This document shows, piece after piece, positions 38,527-50,970 of a DNA stretch of 64,000 nt. The stretch is from Octopus vulgaris. Taxonomy: Eukaryota. The position numbers were made by a program, and so were the translations under genes. Location of the stretch: assembly GCA_951406725.2 (NCBI GenBank), contig OX597820.1:19530001-19594000 (forward strand). The letters run 5' to 3'. The notes under the pieces are model-generated. The model was not told the origin of the DNA. It worked only from the letters and a program-made list of their open reading frames with translations, and searched no databases. How positions within the stretch are numbered: the stretch's first letter is position 1; each line of letters starts with the position of its first letter.

Positions 38527-38877
38527 AATGAAGGAGCGTGGCTCAGTGGTTAGAGCGTTGAGCTTATGATCATGAGGTTATGAGCTCGAATCCCAGACCA
38601 GGCTGCATGTTAAAATAAAGTGTCTTGAGCAAGACACTCTATTTCATGTTGCTCCAGTTCACTCAGCTGTAGAAATGAGTTGTGATGTCACAGGTGCCAA
38701 GCTATATCGGCCCCTTTGCCTTTCCCTTGGATAACACTGGTGGCATGGAGAGGGGAGGCCGGTATGCATGGGTGACTGCTGGTCTTCCATGAAAACAACC
38801 TTGCCCGGACTTGTGCCTGGGAGGGTAACTTTCTAGGTGCAACCCCATGGTCAGTCATGACCGAAGGGGGTCTCAGC
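38527..38877 (+). mobile_element. tRNA-derived CORE-type SINE, full length, 13-bp TSD
   Basis: TGGCTCAGTGGTTAGAGC A box, GAGCTCGAATCCC B box, TGTCTTGAGCAAGACACT core; TSD ATTATTGTTTCTT at 38514-38526 and 38878-38890. Confidence 0.85.
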
Positions 38878-41401
38878 ATTATTGTTTCTTGAGTCTAGAT
38901 GTGGCTCTGTGGTTAAATAGCTTGCTTCTTAACTATTTGGCTAATCTTCCGTGGAAACATGTTTGGGGTTGGGGAAATATCCCCTTACTTGGAACAGGCG
39001 AGGGTTGGTAACAGGAAGAATATCGGCCATTGAAAATCTGTCTCAACTAACTCCATCCAACCCATGCTTGCATTAAAAAAGTAGATGCTAAAATAAAGAT
39101 GATTCTTGACTCTTAATAACAACATAGTGTCCTTCATACATATGTGACTGGCTTCTTTCTGATTTCTGTCTACCAAGCCCACTCACAAGGCTTTGGTTAG
39201 CCCAAGGCAGTAATAGAAGGCACTTCGTCCAAACTGCGACATAATGGGACTGAACTTAAAACCATATGATTGAGAAACAAATGTCTTACCATACAGTCGT
39301 ACCAGTTCTAAAATTCGTACAAATATCCCAAAATTCATCAAAGCAATGAAAAGGATCAGGAATACATGAGTCAGAGGAGTCTTAAAAGTACATAATCAAC
39401 TTTTCTCGAGTAAAGTGGTCAAATGCTTTGACCCTTAAAACTTGGCTGAAGGCATTGTTTTGTGTTTCTGTTTTTGTTTAAAATATTTAATTCTTCATCA
39501 CTTCAGTTCCATCTAACTGAAGGAAAGATATCAGGTTTTCTGTGAGGAAACGTTTATTTTCTGTCTAAGACAAAATTCATCTTTCATTGTCTACTTGATT
39601 CACAGTAACTGCAAAATTAGATTTCATGGTTATTCCAGTAATGATGTTAACCCTTTTGATACAAACCCATCCAAAATGACCCTTGTTCTATGACACAAAC
39701 TTCATGTTTATAAGTGTTCCAAATCAAAAGTTTCCTACAAAAATTTCTTGTTAATTTATGTTTAAAATACTGGATTGACAATGATGGAGTTATTTTATTA
39801 AGTTCTTGATTATTTTTTTAATTAATTAAAACAAAAGTAGTGTTGTTCAACACAAACATGGTAAAATAAAACCAGTTGCAAATATCAATAAAAAAGAAAA
39901 AGAATTTTTTTTTTACGCCTCTGCATAAATTTGAATATATTCTCAACAAAAAACAAATAGTTTTAAACACGACATTCCTCAACAAAAAATAGATTGGTAT
40001 ACAAATTTCTTTCCATAATTAAGGGTGATGAAATTTTGAGTGGATATAAGCTGACTTCCACAGTGAAAGACTTAACGAGCATTAATCGCATGGAACTTTT
40101 AGTGGAATTATGAATGAAATTCTCCTGTACATTGTAGCTAGAGTTTCTTTTATACTCACCTGCCTCCATCTATAACCACATTTTGTCAATCATGTTAAGT
40201 CATTTAGTTGATTGATACCTGTATGATTTCCAACATAATCCTCATTTTTTTTTTCTTTTACACCTGCTTTCTAAAAATATATATATTTTTTTTTTTTCGA
40301 TTCTCTTTCTCTTTTATTTATCAATACTGTCTAGGTCGGTTAACCTAACAAAACGTTACACAATCTAACCTTTGTGTGTAGAAATGTCAGCGCCTTTGCA
40401 AATCATTATAGACTTTTGTTCAATGTTCTATAGATCATTGCCTTCAATTCTGACACTGGGGAGATTATTATTATTATTATTATCTAGTTGCACTCATCTT
40501 GTTTCTAAGATTTTAGTTTTTACGTGTAAGTTTCCAAAGAAGAAATAGAGAGATATAAAGGTCTATTTTTGTGTGAGTGTAGGTACATTTGTTTGTTTAT
40601 AGATATGAAATAAGCAAAAAGAAAAGGGGGAAAGAAAAAAAAAAAACACACACACACACAGAAAGAGCCAGCCGTGCAATTAGACGTTAGGTGTAACAAG
40701 CAAGTTAGTTGCAGAGAAAGTTTCATGAAATATTTTTCTGATGGAAATATGAGATATCTATCTACAGTAAGTGTTCAGAAAAACTCTGTAATATGAAGAC
40801 AATAATTGTCACTAGAGACGTGTGCAACGGTGCAGAGTATTTTTTTGCTGCTAGAGAAGGCGGAGAAAAATGCACAAATATGTTGGTTGGTATGCGACAG
40901 TGTTAAGGGTGTACAGATGTGATAAGGAGAGGGTGAGCCTGGCTCTAATTGTTATTGAGGAGAGCTAGTGTTGTCGATGAGGTGCAGTGATGGCAGAAAT
41001 GTTAAGTCTGTGGGTTGAGAGAAGCATGGCTGTTGACTCTTTTTATGCAACGAAGCTACGCTTCTTTGTGTGTGATTTGATGGGAAGGCAGTAAATCACA
41101 ACAAAAATTGAAAGAGGGGATGCAGTAAAGATGAGGTAACTAGCTACAAAGATTAACAGTAACAACTAGTGAGTAGCTTTGATTTATGTAGTTGTAGTAG
41201 ATATGATGTGCAGGACCAAACGACAGAAGTTTGTTCTGTAGCAGTCTGTTAACCCATTACCGTTTAAATTGACCATATCCAGCCCTGATATTCTTCAAAT
41301 AGACCAGATCCAGCTTGTCCGAATGCTAAAGGGTTGAGCATCTCAGAGCAGTAGTTCTGATGTTTTGATGCTGTAACTCTTCAAAATAAGGCGTTCATCA
41401 T

Positions 41402-41575
41402 TTAACCCTTTCGTTACAAACCCGGTTGAAACTGGCTTTGGCTCTGTAGTACAAATGTCTTGTTTTCATAAATTTATGTTCCTAACACTAGGTTAATGAT
41501 AACTAGGTTATTTTACTAAATTCTCTGTTATATTTAAGATTAATTGAAAGAAACACAGAGCATCTCGAAATAAAT
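41402..41575. mobile_element. MITE family D, partial
   Basis: TTAACCCTTTCGTTAC end with a deleted body. Confidence 0.8.
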
Positions 41576-43345
41576 GTTAGAGCAGTCAAGTTCATTTCAG
41601 ACATTCGCATTTTAAAAATCATCATCTAATCGTCGAGAAGACATTAGTGTTGTCTTGGCGGAGGTTTGTGCTCTCTGAGTACTCGTTATTAATATTTAGA
41701 TGGCAAACTGGCAGAATCATTAGCATGCCAGACAAAATATTTAGCTACATTTAATCCATCTTTTCAAGATCAATAAAAATAAGTAGCAGTCGAGCACTGG
41801 GGTCAGTGTTATCAACCAGACCCTTTCGCCCGAAATTTCAAGCTTTGTGCCTATAATAGAAAGGATTCTTACTACTATTATTTTCTATGTATTCTAATAT
41901 AGAAATATTTTGTATTATTACCTGTGGCTTCAGCTTGGTATTAACATTTCTATTCTTCACTTGGATTAGGATTGGGATTTGTTTTTCCTTTCGATTTCTT
42001 CCTGTTGTGTTTTTCTGTCAACAGTGTGAAATCACCTGATATATATGTATGATCTTTTTCAAAACCTTTGAATACTTAAATGGCACACAGGTTTTCCTTA
42101 TACAGCCAAAAAAAAAAACTACCTTATTTCTTGTTGTTCAGTCCCTAAAATAAAACATGGTTTTTTGGAATAGCCATTTTTTTACACAATTCTTGTAGAC
42201 TTAACAACTTTCGTTGTTACAACCCTAGGGCAAATCATTTTATACATACATACATAGTGCTCTCACACACATGCACAGAAACATATATGAAGAATATCAC
42301 ATAAATGTGGATTGATATAACAGAACACAGGAATTCATTTTCTATATCTGTATATTCATTTACATAGAACATATAGATGTATATTCTGTTGTGTCTGGGG
42401 AGAGTCATTTTCTTTTTGTGCCTTATAAAGCTAGACACAACAGAATATGCTTCAACACACCAACTCATATAAAGAATCTTGCAAACCAAATCCAAAAACG
42501 AGATATAGATGTATATTATACAGCCTTGCAAACATGGAAAGTGGGTGTTAAATGCTGCTGAGATATATATCTGTGTGTGTTTATATGTACATATGCACTC
42601 ACACATATGAATTAATGTAGTTATACACAATGTTTTTTCCACTATTTATCTCACTTTGTTTCCATAATAAATTTACTACGAAGTTAATATTTCGATCAAA
42701 AACGGTCTATTCATAACACTTTAAAACAACTGGCCTTCAGATATTCTTTGGGCTTCATCAAGTTGCTCACATGGCCATTTTAGTATTCTTCATTTGGCAA
42801 ATTTTTTTTTACAAGATATTCGCTTGCAAATACAATGTTAGTAGCATACAACCTTCTTTTCCAGCAGAAAGGAAAAAAAAAATCTCATCAAAATCTTCCA
42901 TCTGCTTGTATGTTGAATAGCAGTAGTAATTTTTTTCCTTTCTCATTCTTCTTTCCCTCATGGCACTTCATTTGGTTAAATAAATACTTGTGCGTATTTG
43001 AAATAGAGCAGCTTCTAAAAGTAGTATTTATGCAAGATAAATGAACTAATAAAGCTTATACCGAGTGGTTTTGTATCAATTTACTTCACTCTCTTTCTGT
43101 AATAAATTGTCTTTATAGTTGATATTTCGACATTAAAATACCCTAGTCATAGCACAGTGAAATTCATGGATTTCGGAAGTTCTTTATCATTATTTATCTT
43201 ATATAAACAGTATTTCTTGTAGATGTTCCAACCATTTTAACTAGATTAAACCATCCTTATAAACAAAAGAGCCATGAAAATGAAAAGAATAGTTGGAGAG
43301 GGACAAACTTGTTACTGCTATTCAACATTGAAACAGTGAGGTGGT

Positions 43346-43574
43346 TTAACCCTTTAGCATTTAAACCGGTCATATCCGGCCAAAAGTATTCCGCCTGTTT
43401 TCTGTTCAAACTGGCCAGATCTGGTCTCTCACACCAACCCTACAATATCGTTTTAAAATTTAACTGCTACCTCATCAAAACCTCATAGCTACAAGATAAT
43501 GCATGATTAATTCAAAACAATATGGATGAAAAAGCATTCATTTTGGCAGAATAATGTGAACAGTAAAGGGTTAA
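43346..43574. mobile_element. piggyBac-type MITE family E
   Basis: TTAA-CCCTTTAGCA...TAAAGGG-TTAA. Confidence 0.88.
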
Positions 43575-45127
43575 GCAAGACTCTCTCTTTCTCCAAAAGT
43601 GAAGTTGCTTGCTACTAATACCATCTTCTGATTTATGGAACTATAGAGCTGCTACCTGAAAGCTCTTCTCCAAGATGCAAGCCTGGGCATGGCTCTTGGT
43701 GTCTATGTCAAATTTTTGTGGATGTGTGCAATTGTTTGTTTTCCTGTGTCTTCTTATCAGTGCCATTCAAGCGACAGTGTATTTGTTTGCATGTTTCATG
43801 AACAATCTATCCCATAACTCGGTGATTTTGTAAGCATCTAACAATATAACACCAACTCAATGTATTAGGTCTCAACTTTGACTAGTTTGAAATATTTTCA
43901 AGGGAAAGTTTATGATTCTGGTTGTGGTTAAAGAAGACTGGGGGAACAAAATTTAGCAATTTTTGGCAAAAAATGTACCCTTTTGCCAAGTTATAACAAA
44001 AAGTTGGTGAAATATGTTTAAATGCTTACAGTTGGATAGATAGAGAAATATAACAAAATTATTTGACAAAAAATGTGAATTTTTAATTATTTTCTGAGAT
44101 TTTACAAAAACAACAAAAATATTTTTTTTAAATTAAAAAAAACTTTTTTTTTTCTTTTAATCAAATAAATGCGAGCATGGAACAAAGTGGTTGTAAACTC
44201 AATGATTACACACACACACACACATGCTGATATAACACGTATAGGAAATCGGATGGCCTTTACAGTGTAAGAAAAAAAAAAAATCACTATAAGCATCAGA
44301 TTAATCGAAACCTTCCATCTCCCTGCACAACGAGCCAGCCGAACATTCTGCACATGGGCAGCAAGGCAACGTCACAAATGCTAATCGTCTTAGCAGCTGC
44401 TAGCAATAAGTTGTTGTTTTTGTTTTTGTTTTTTTTTTTACAACAAAGCAAGAGACTCCTATTCCCTACACATTGGGATGGTGCATGCACTACGCATTCC
44501 AGAATGCAACCAAGAAAAACGCCATCTGCTTGAGAGGTTGGCCTCTCATTCGCCAGCTGTCACTTAAGACCACTATATCATCATTATTGTGCCTTGTCTT
44601 TTCGCTGTCCCCTTTTACCACTACTAATGAATGAATCAGTGTTATGCTGTGCGTGAGTCAGGGGCTGGCTGCCTTGTAAAACTTAACACTTCTTTCAGTG
44701 AACAGAATTTCCTTAAATCTTTTCTTCTTTATATTATTACTATTATATTTTTTCTCTTAGCAGCTTTTTTTTTTCCTCTCATCTGAAATTTAAACTTAAT
44801 AACTCTTGTGAATGGTTTTTAGCTGTAGAAATACTTTTAAATGCTGTGGTACATAGAGTATGCATAAGGGTATTTATTTATTTATATTCAGGCCGTTGTA
44901 CTGTTATTAAATCCATGCTGTGGTGTGAAAGTATTATGAGCATAGAGTGGGAGTTCATTCATCTAAGTTCAGTGATATTTGTCATTTCTAGATGGAAATG
45001 ACAAGCATTACAGCCACCTAAATATAGGCATCAACCGACAGTAAGGATTTAATGATATGCTTAATAAATTAATAATATTTATAAAGTTGTGTGAGTAGAT
45101 GAGTACATTTAATTTATATATATATAT

Positions 45128-45305
45128 ATAGGGAGAATTCACAAAAAAAAAAACACAAGACGAAGAAAACAGATGTTTTTGTATAACACTTGGGAATTAA
45201 AAAAGTCTTTTACATTTCGAGCCTGCGCTCTTCCACAGAGAAGAACACAGAAAGAAACAAGGAGAGAAAATAAAGAATGTGTAGTTGCTACCGATCTATC
45301 ATGGC
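45128..45305 (-). mobile_element. Penelope-like family F element, hammerhead-like core at 45207-45242
   Basis: Minus strand CTGTGGA-A-GAGC gcag GCTC-GAAA-TG-TA-AAAG; lies between (TA)n runs. Confidence 0.65.
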
Positions 45306-45336
<31 letters not shown>

Positions 45337-45344
45337 CTATATCA

Positions 45345-45730
45345 TCTGTTACTGTCAATAGACTGGCCATGTTGGGACACCACCTTGAAGGGTTTTAGTC
45401 AAGCAATTTGACCTTTTTTTTGTTTTTTTAATCTAGCATTTGGTCTGGCAATGTCTCGCTGGATCACTAAGTTATGGGGATGTAAACAAACCAACACTGA
45501 TTGGGGATAAACACAGAAACATGCATATGTATATATATATATATATACATATATGCGTATGTATATACACACACACACCAGACTTCTTTCAGTTCCGTTT
45601 ACCAAATCCACTTACAAGGCTTTGGTTGGCTCAAGGCTATAGTAGAAGACACCTGCTGAAGGTGCCACACATTGGGACTGAACCCAGAACCATGTGGTTG
45701 AGAAGCAAGCTATTTACCACACAGCCACAG
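45345..45730 (-). mobile_element. SINE family A
   Basis: Head, core and tail match. Confidence 0.85.
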
Positions 45731-45769
45731 GAATATATATTGGAAATGCTTTGCCCCATGCAGAAACCG

Positions 45770-47425
45770 CAGGAGCTTCTCAGAGAAATTTGTTTCTCCA
45801 AGCTTGTGCAAATGGTTGGATCCTCTCTAACACTGCATATTCACCAATCGTCAGTCACAGTTCTTTGTCATCACTTCTTTCGTGAGTTGCAACATCTTAA
45901 GATCTGTCCTCATTAGTTCTCCATGAGTTTTCCTTGGTCTCCCCCTATGAGTACTCAACACTTCATACATGTGTCTATAAACATTCATATACCTTGTACT
46001 AGTGCTAGCTTCTCTCTACACACTGCATCTTCATTCCTTTGGCATCCAGTTCCTCCCTCTTGATTCATTTGTACTTTGTCATCATTCACACTACTAAAAT
46101 CGCATATAGAATGTAACTTCCTTGTTTCACTTCTGTCTTATCTTTGCAAATCTTCTGCATTCAAGGCCCTCCCTCTCTCATGCAACATCTCACATCATAC
46201 ATAAGCAGCATTATACCATCTGCCCTTTGCCCTGAAAGAGAAACTCTTTGTTATCAGTAGAGGTAATATATCCTTCAACTTTTTTCCAGTTTGCTTACTC
46301 TGGCTACTACACTTAGAGAACATAACTGCAGCCAAGTAGGTCACCAAAAGCTGTCACATGGTTCCAGAGAGCCTTCCAGTCATCTGGGATAATCTGTTAA
46401 TCTGTTTCCCATTTGCTCTTCTAGTAGACTACCTGTTCTCTCAACCTGCTTTGATGCTGCTACAACTTCTGTGCATCCATAGTTTATATTGGAAACACCA
46501 TATATAGTTTGTGTCTTATTCTTTTCTTTCTTTCTTTCTTTCTTTTTTGTTTTGTTTTGCATATCAGTTCAGTCTTGGCCATTTCCCCCAAATGGTAACT
46601 GAATCCTGTCTTCTTTTTTTATTTACTTTCGTCTTTGCTAAGTTTACGTTGAGGCATCTCAATTTCACATTTTGCCTCCCTATCTGGAATTTCTTCTCTA
46701 AATCAACTACACTTTCAGCAATGAGAATTAGGTCATCTACACAGAGATGTTCCCATTGGAGAATCAGTCTCAGACTCCTCTGTTATGGTTTGGAGAACTG
46801 TAATAAGCAGGAGGGGACTGAGAACTGAGCCCTGATAGACTCCTGCGTGCATACTAAATTCATTGCTGAACACAGAATTGAACATGACTTGTATTGCTTT
46901 CACAAGCTATTCATCTACCTTTAACATTTTTTTTTTTTTGGTGGCCACCCAATCTAAGAATGAGGGACCTTCTCAAAGACCTTGATGAATGCTAAGTTTA
47001 GGGTCTTACTTTTCACTAAGTAATTTTTCTGCCGTAGTCTCACTAAGAATATAAAGCATTGATGAAAACCCCTTCCTGACACAAGAGCCAAATTGTATTT
47101 CATCGGGGCCAATCCTGTTCCTAATCAATTTTTCCATTTTTCCACAACCTTTCATGTCTTTTATAACCTGATCCAAAAATTTCATGCCTCCATAGTCTAT
47201 CTCTCTCTTTCTATCGCATCTCCTTTACTTTTGTAACAGTTTGTGATGATACTGTTTGCTGCTATACCAGTCATTAGGTATGGCTCCTTGTATTATTTGA
47301 TTAACTATTCAAGTGACTAGCATATTGCCCTGCTTCCACCAAATATTTTAGGCATCTCTGCAACTATCACTGACGGATCAGCTGCTTTCCCAGCCTTCAT
47401 ATCCCTAGTCACATCATCTACCCTA
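45770..47425 (-). pseudogene. Decayed RTE-clade LINE reverse-transcriptase region
   Basis: Frameshifted minus-strand motifs: DMKAGKA..PS..AEM, IPNDW, NCYKSKGDA, DEIQFG, GVYQGSVLSPLL, (YA)DDLILIAES, NVNLAKTKV, KLWMHRSCS, WKKLKDILPLLITKSFSFRAKGR. Confidence 0.9.
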
Positions 47426-47736
47426 CATAACGAGCCGGAACAGATAACAGAAAGCATTTTGTAAGATACACTAACATTTCTGCCACTTCACTGCCTATAT
47501 AAATATTGTCTGTCTGTCTGTTTGTCTATTTGTGTGTGTTGTGGGGAGTGAAGAATCTACGTACATGCATGTGTGTATGCACGTCCTGTCATAATCATAT
47601 ACGTTTGTGTAAATGCATGAATGTGTATGTATGTATGTATGTATGTATGTGTGTGTGTGTGATGTCAAAAAGTCTCTGTATGCTGTTGTTGTTGTCGTTG
47701 TTGTAACCCTTGATCAACCTTAATTAAGCAGATATG

Positions 47737-48425
47737 CACAGGTGTGGCTGTGTGGTAAGAAGTTAGCTTCCCAGCCACATGGTTCTGGGTTCAGTCCCAC
47801 TTCATGACACCTTGGACAAGTGCCTTCTACTCTATACCCTCAGGTCAACCAAAGCCTTGTGTATGGATATGGTAGATGGAAACTGAAAGAAGCTCATTGT
47901 GTATATATAAAGAATACAAAATCTGGAACTTGATGGGTGAAAGAAAGCTCCAAATGACCTGTCCTTGTTTTTCCTTGTCCTTTTTTTGTATCATCTGTCT
48001 GGGTGTTCCGCGTTCTTGTCCCATTTTTGTATTCTTTTTTTTATGTATACATATAGTGGTGTATGTACACTTTGGTCTCTTATATATATATATGTATGTA
48101 TATATATATGTGTGTGTGTGTGTGTGATGTATGTATGTATGTGTGTATGTATATGTGTGTATGTATGTATGTGTATATATGTGTGTGTATGTATATATGT
48201 ATGTGTATATATATGTGTGTTTTTGTTAACCACTACCACTTGACAAATGGTGTTGGTCTGTTTTTACATCTCTGTAACTTAGCGGTTCAGCAAAAGACAC
48301 CAGTAGAATAAGTAACAAGCTTTAAAAAATAGATATTGGGGCCAACTCCTTCGACTAAAAATTCTTGAAGTCAGTGCCCCAGCATGGCTGCAGTCTAATG
48401 ACTGAAACAAGTAAAAGATAAAAGA
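47737..48425 (+). mobile_element. SINE family A with an expanded internal microsatellite and insert
   Basis: Head at 47737-47900 and 3' part at 48220-48425. Confidence 0.8.
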
Positions 48426-48648
48426 TCTATTCTATAAGGCTTTCAAGCCATGGCCATCATGTCCTTCCTTTATTTGAGGGTGGGGTTCTGATACGGTTGA
48501 GATTTGCATATTATTTCTAGCAGGTTAAGCAACTCTGAAAAGACTCATATATGTATATATAGGATTACTGACATTTATATCTGTCTGCATGTTTCACTAT
48601 ATATTTTAATGTATGTGTGTATGCATGTTTATATGCATGGTTATATAT

Positions 48649-48820
48649 ATAGGGAGAATTCACTAAAAACAAAAGATGAAGACAGGTGGTGTAGACAACA
48701 AACAGATGTATTAGTATAACGCTTGGGAAGTGAAAAAGTCTTTAACGTTTCGAGCCTATGCTCTTCCACAGAAAGAAACAAGGAGAGAAAATAAAGAATG
48801 TGTAGTGGCTATCTATCATG
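48649..48820 (-). mobile_element. Penelope-like family F element, hammerhead-like core at 48740-48775
   Basis: Minus strand CTTT-CTGTGGA-A-GAGC atag GCTC-GAAA-CG-TT-AAAG. Confidence 0.65.
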
Positions 48821-49205
48821 CAGGGGTGGTTGTGTTGTAAGTAGCTTGCTTGCCAACGACATGGCTCCTGGTTCAGTTCCACTACATGGTCCCTTGAGTA
48901 AGCGTTTTTGTCTATAGTCTCAAGCTGACCAAAGCCTTGTGAGTGGATTTGGTAGATGGAAACTATAAAGAAGCCCATCATACATATATGTTTGTTAGTG
49001 TGTCTGTTTGTCCCCCCGCCATTGCATGACAACTGATGCTGGTGTGTTTACATCTCTGTAAATTATCGGTTTGGCAAAAGAGACTGATAGAATAAGTACG
49101 AGGTTTACAAAGAATAAGTCCTGGGGTTGAATTGTTCGACTAAAGGTGGTGCTCCAGCATGGCCGCAGTTCAATGACTGAAACAAATAAAAGAAAAAAAA
49201 TAAAA
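48820..49205 (+). mobile_element. SINE family A, full length
   Basis: End-to-end match. Confidence 0.88.
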
Positions 49206-49660
49206 GAAATATATAAACATGAGTGTCCTGTGAATATAGGCACAAGGCCTGACATTCTTGGGGAGGGCAATAGTTGATTATCTCAACTCCAGTGCACGAC
49301 TGGTACTTATTCTATCGACCTCAGAAGGATGAAAAGCAAAGTCGCCCTCAGTGGAATTTGAATAAAATAGTAACCAAAGGGGTCCATTAGTGAAAAATTA
49401 AAAAAATGACTGAGAACCACTGCTGTAAATGACTTTTTTATCATGTTTTTCTCTCAGTTTCGATCAACCAAATTCTCTTGTAAGGCATTGGTCAGCCTAA
49501 GAATATCATAGAAGACACTTGCCCAATGGGCCACGCAGGGGGACTGAACCCAAAGCTGTGCAGTTGAGAAGCAAATTTCTTAACCATACAGCCACGCTTG
49601 CATCTTTATATACACCAGCAAACTCTAAGATTGATACTCACTTCTTATTTTTTTGCCATT

Positions 49661-49890
49661 TTAACCCTTTAAGTGTCTAAACTGGCCATATCTGGCCCAG
49701 ATATTCCACATATTTTATATTCAAACTGGCCATATCTGGCCTCTCACTCCAAACCTACATTGACATTCTAAAAATAAACAATCACATCATTGAAACTTCA
49801 AAGCTATAAACATAATGCATGATTAATTCAAAATAATTTGAGTGAAAAAATATTACATTTAATAGAGTAATCTGAACACTAAAGGGTTAA
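49661..49890. mobile_element. MITE family E
   Basis: TTAACCCTTT...AAAGGGTTAA with a body homologous to 43346. Confidence 0.88.
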
Positions 49891-50784
49891 ATCTATCTAA
49901 TTATAGAATAAGCTACACATGTGTATATAATGTATCAGAGAGATGTGGTACATGTGCGATTAGCATTCAGTATTTCATCACATGGATATAGCTTGTTTTT
50001 TGTTGTTTTTTTACATATTTTTTCTTTTCTTTCTTTTACCGTTCAACAAAAATCATTGGACGATAGTGTTGTTTTTTTTTTGCTTTGTTTTTTGTTTGTT
50101 GTTTTCTTTCCCTAGTACATATTCTTCAACATGTCTGTTATTGCCGGCTGCAACAAGTATGCATAGAACTTATATCTTTTAAATCTAATAATTTTGTAAT
50201 CTTAATCTCCAGTACGCTTTCTAAACCAACTCCAAACTCCATTAGCAATAATGACACCAGGGAAAAATAAGCTGTAAAACAATATACTATACAACCATAA
50301 ACCAGAAACCATATATGCTGCAGTATGTACTACAGATTCAGCTTTTCAGACCATACATCTCATTAAGAAGATATCTTGCTTTCTTGAGAGCAACAACACA
50401 GTAATAGATAAAGAAAGCGTGTGACGTATGTCCGTATGTCGTAAGGTAATTTGTTATAGCTTACAGCAAATTCATCTCATGACAAAATGAACAGAAACTA
50501 CATTCTTTCGACTTCTTATCGTGGATTTGTTTGCTGTTTAGATAAAAACTAAAACAAATTATATCCCGTTCTGGATAGTCTTCGCTGCCTCCTGAAAAGG
50601 AAAGGGAATCTCTTTAGTCTTTTGCTTGTAAGTGCTGTAAGAATACTGGCTGAGCTGGATGTAGTTTTTTTTTTTGCAATCAGAAGTTGTTAGCATTAGT
50701 TGTGTTTCTTTGAATGTGTAGGTAGGTAGATAGACAAATAGATAGAGATATATGGATAGATAGATAGATAGATATACAGAAAGA

Positions 50785-50970
50785 TAGGGGGAGAGTTCAC
50801 GAAAAAACAAAAGACGAAGACAGGTGGTGTACAAAACAAACAGATGTATTGTATAATGCTCGGGAATTGAAAAAGTCTTTTACGTTTCGAGCCTACGCTC
50901 CTCTACAGAAAAGGACACAGAAAAAAACAAAGAGAGAAAAAAACTGTGTGTAGTGGCTACCGATCTATAG
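50785..50970 (-). mobile_element. Penelope-like family F element, hammerhead-like core at 50877-50913
   Basis: Minus strand TTTT-CTGTAGA-G-GAGC gtag GCTC-GAAA-CG-TA-AAAG; embedded in (TAGA)n. Confidence 0.65.

Noticed and set aside
38530-38605. tRNA gene
   Set aside because: A and B boxes are present, but the sequence continues into a SINE body with a TSD and has no clean cloverleaf or oligo-T terminator. The same applies to all family A and B heads.
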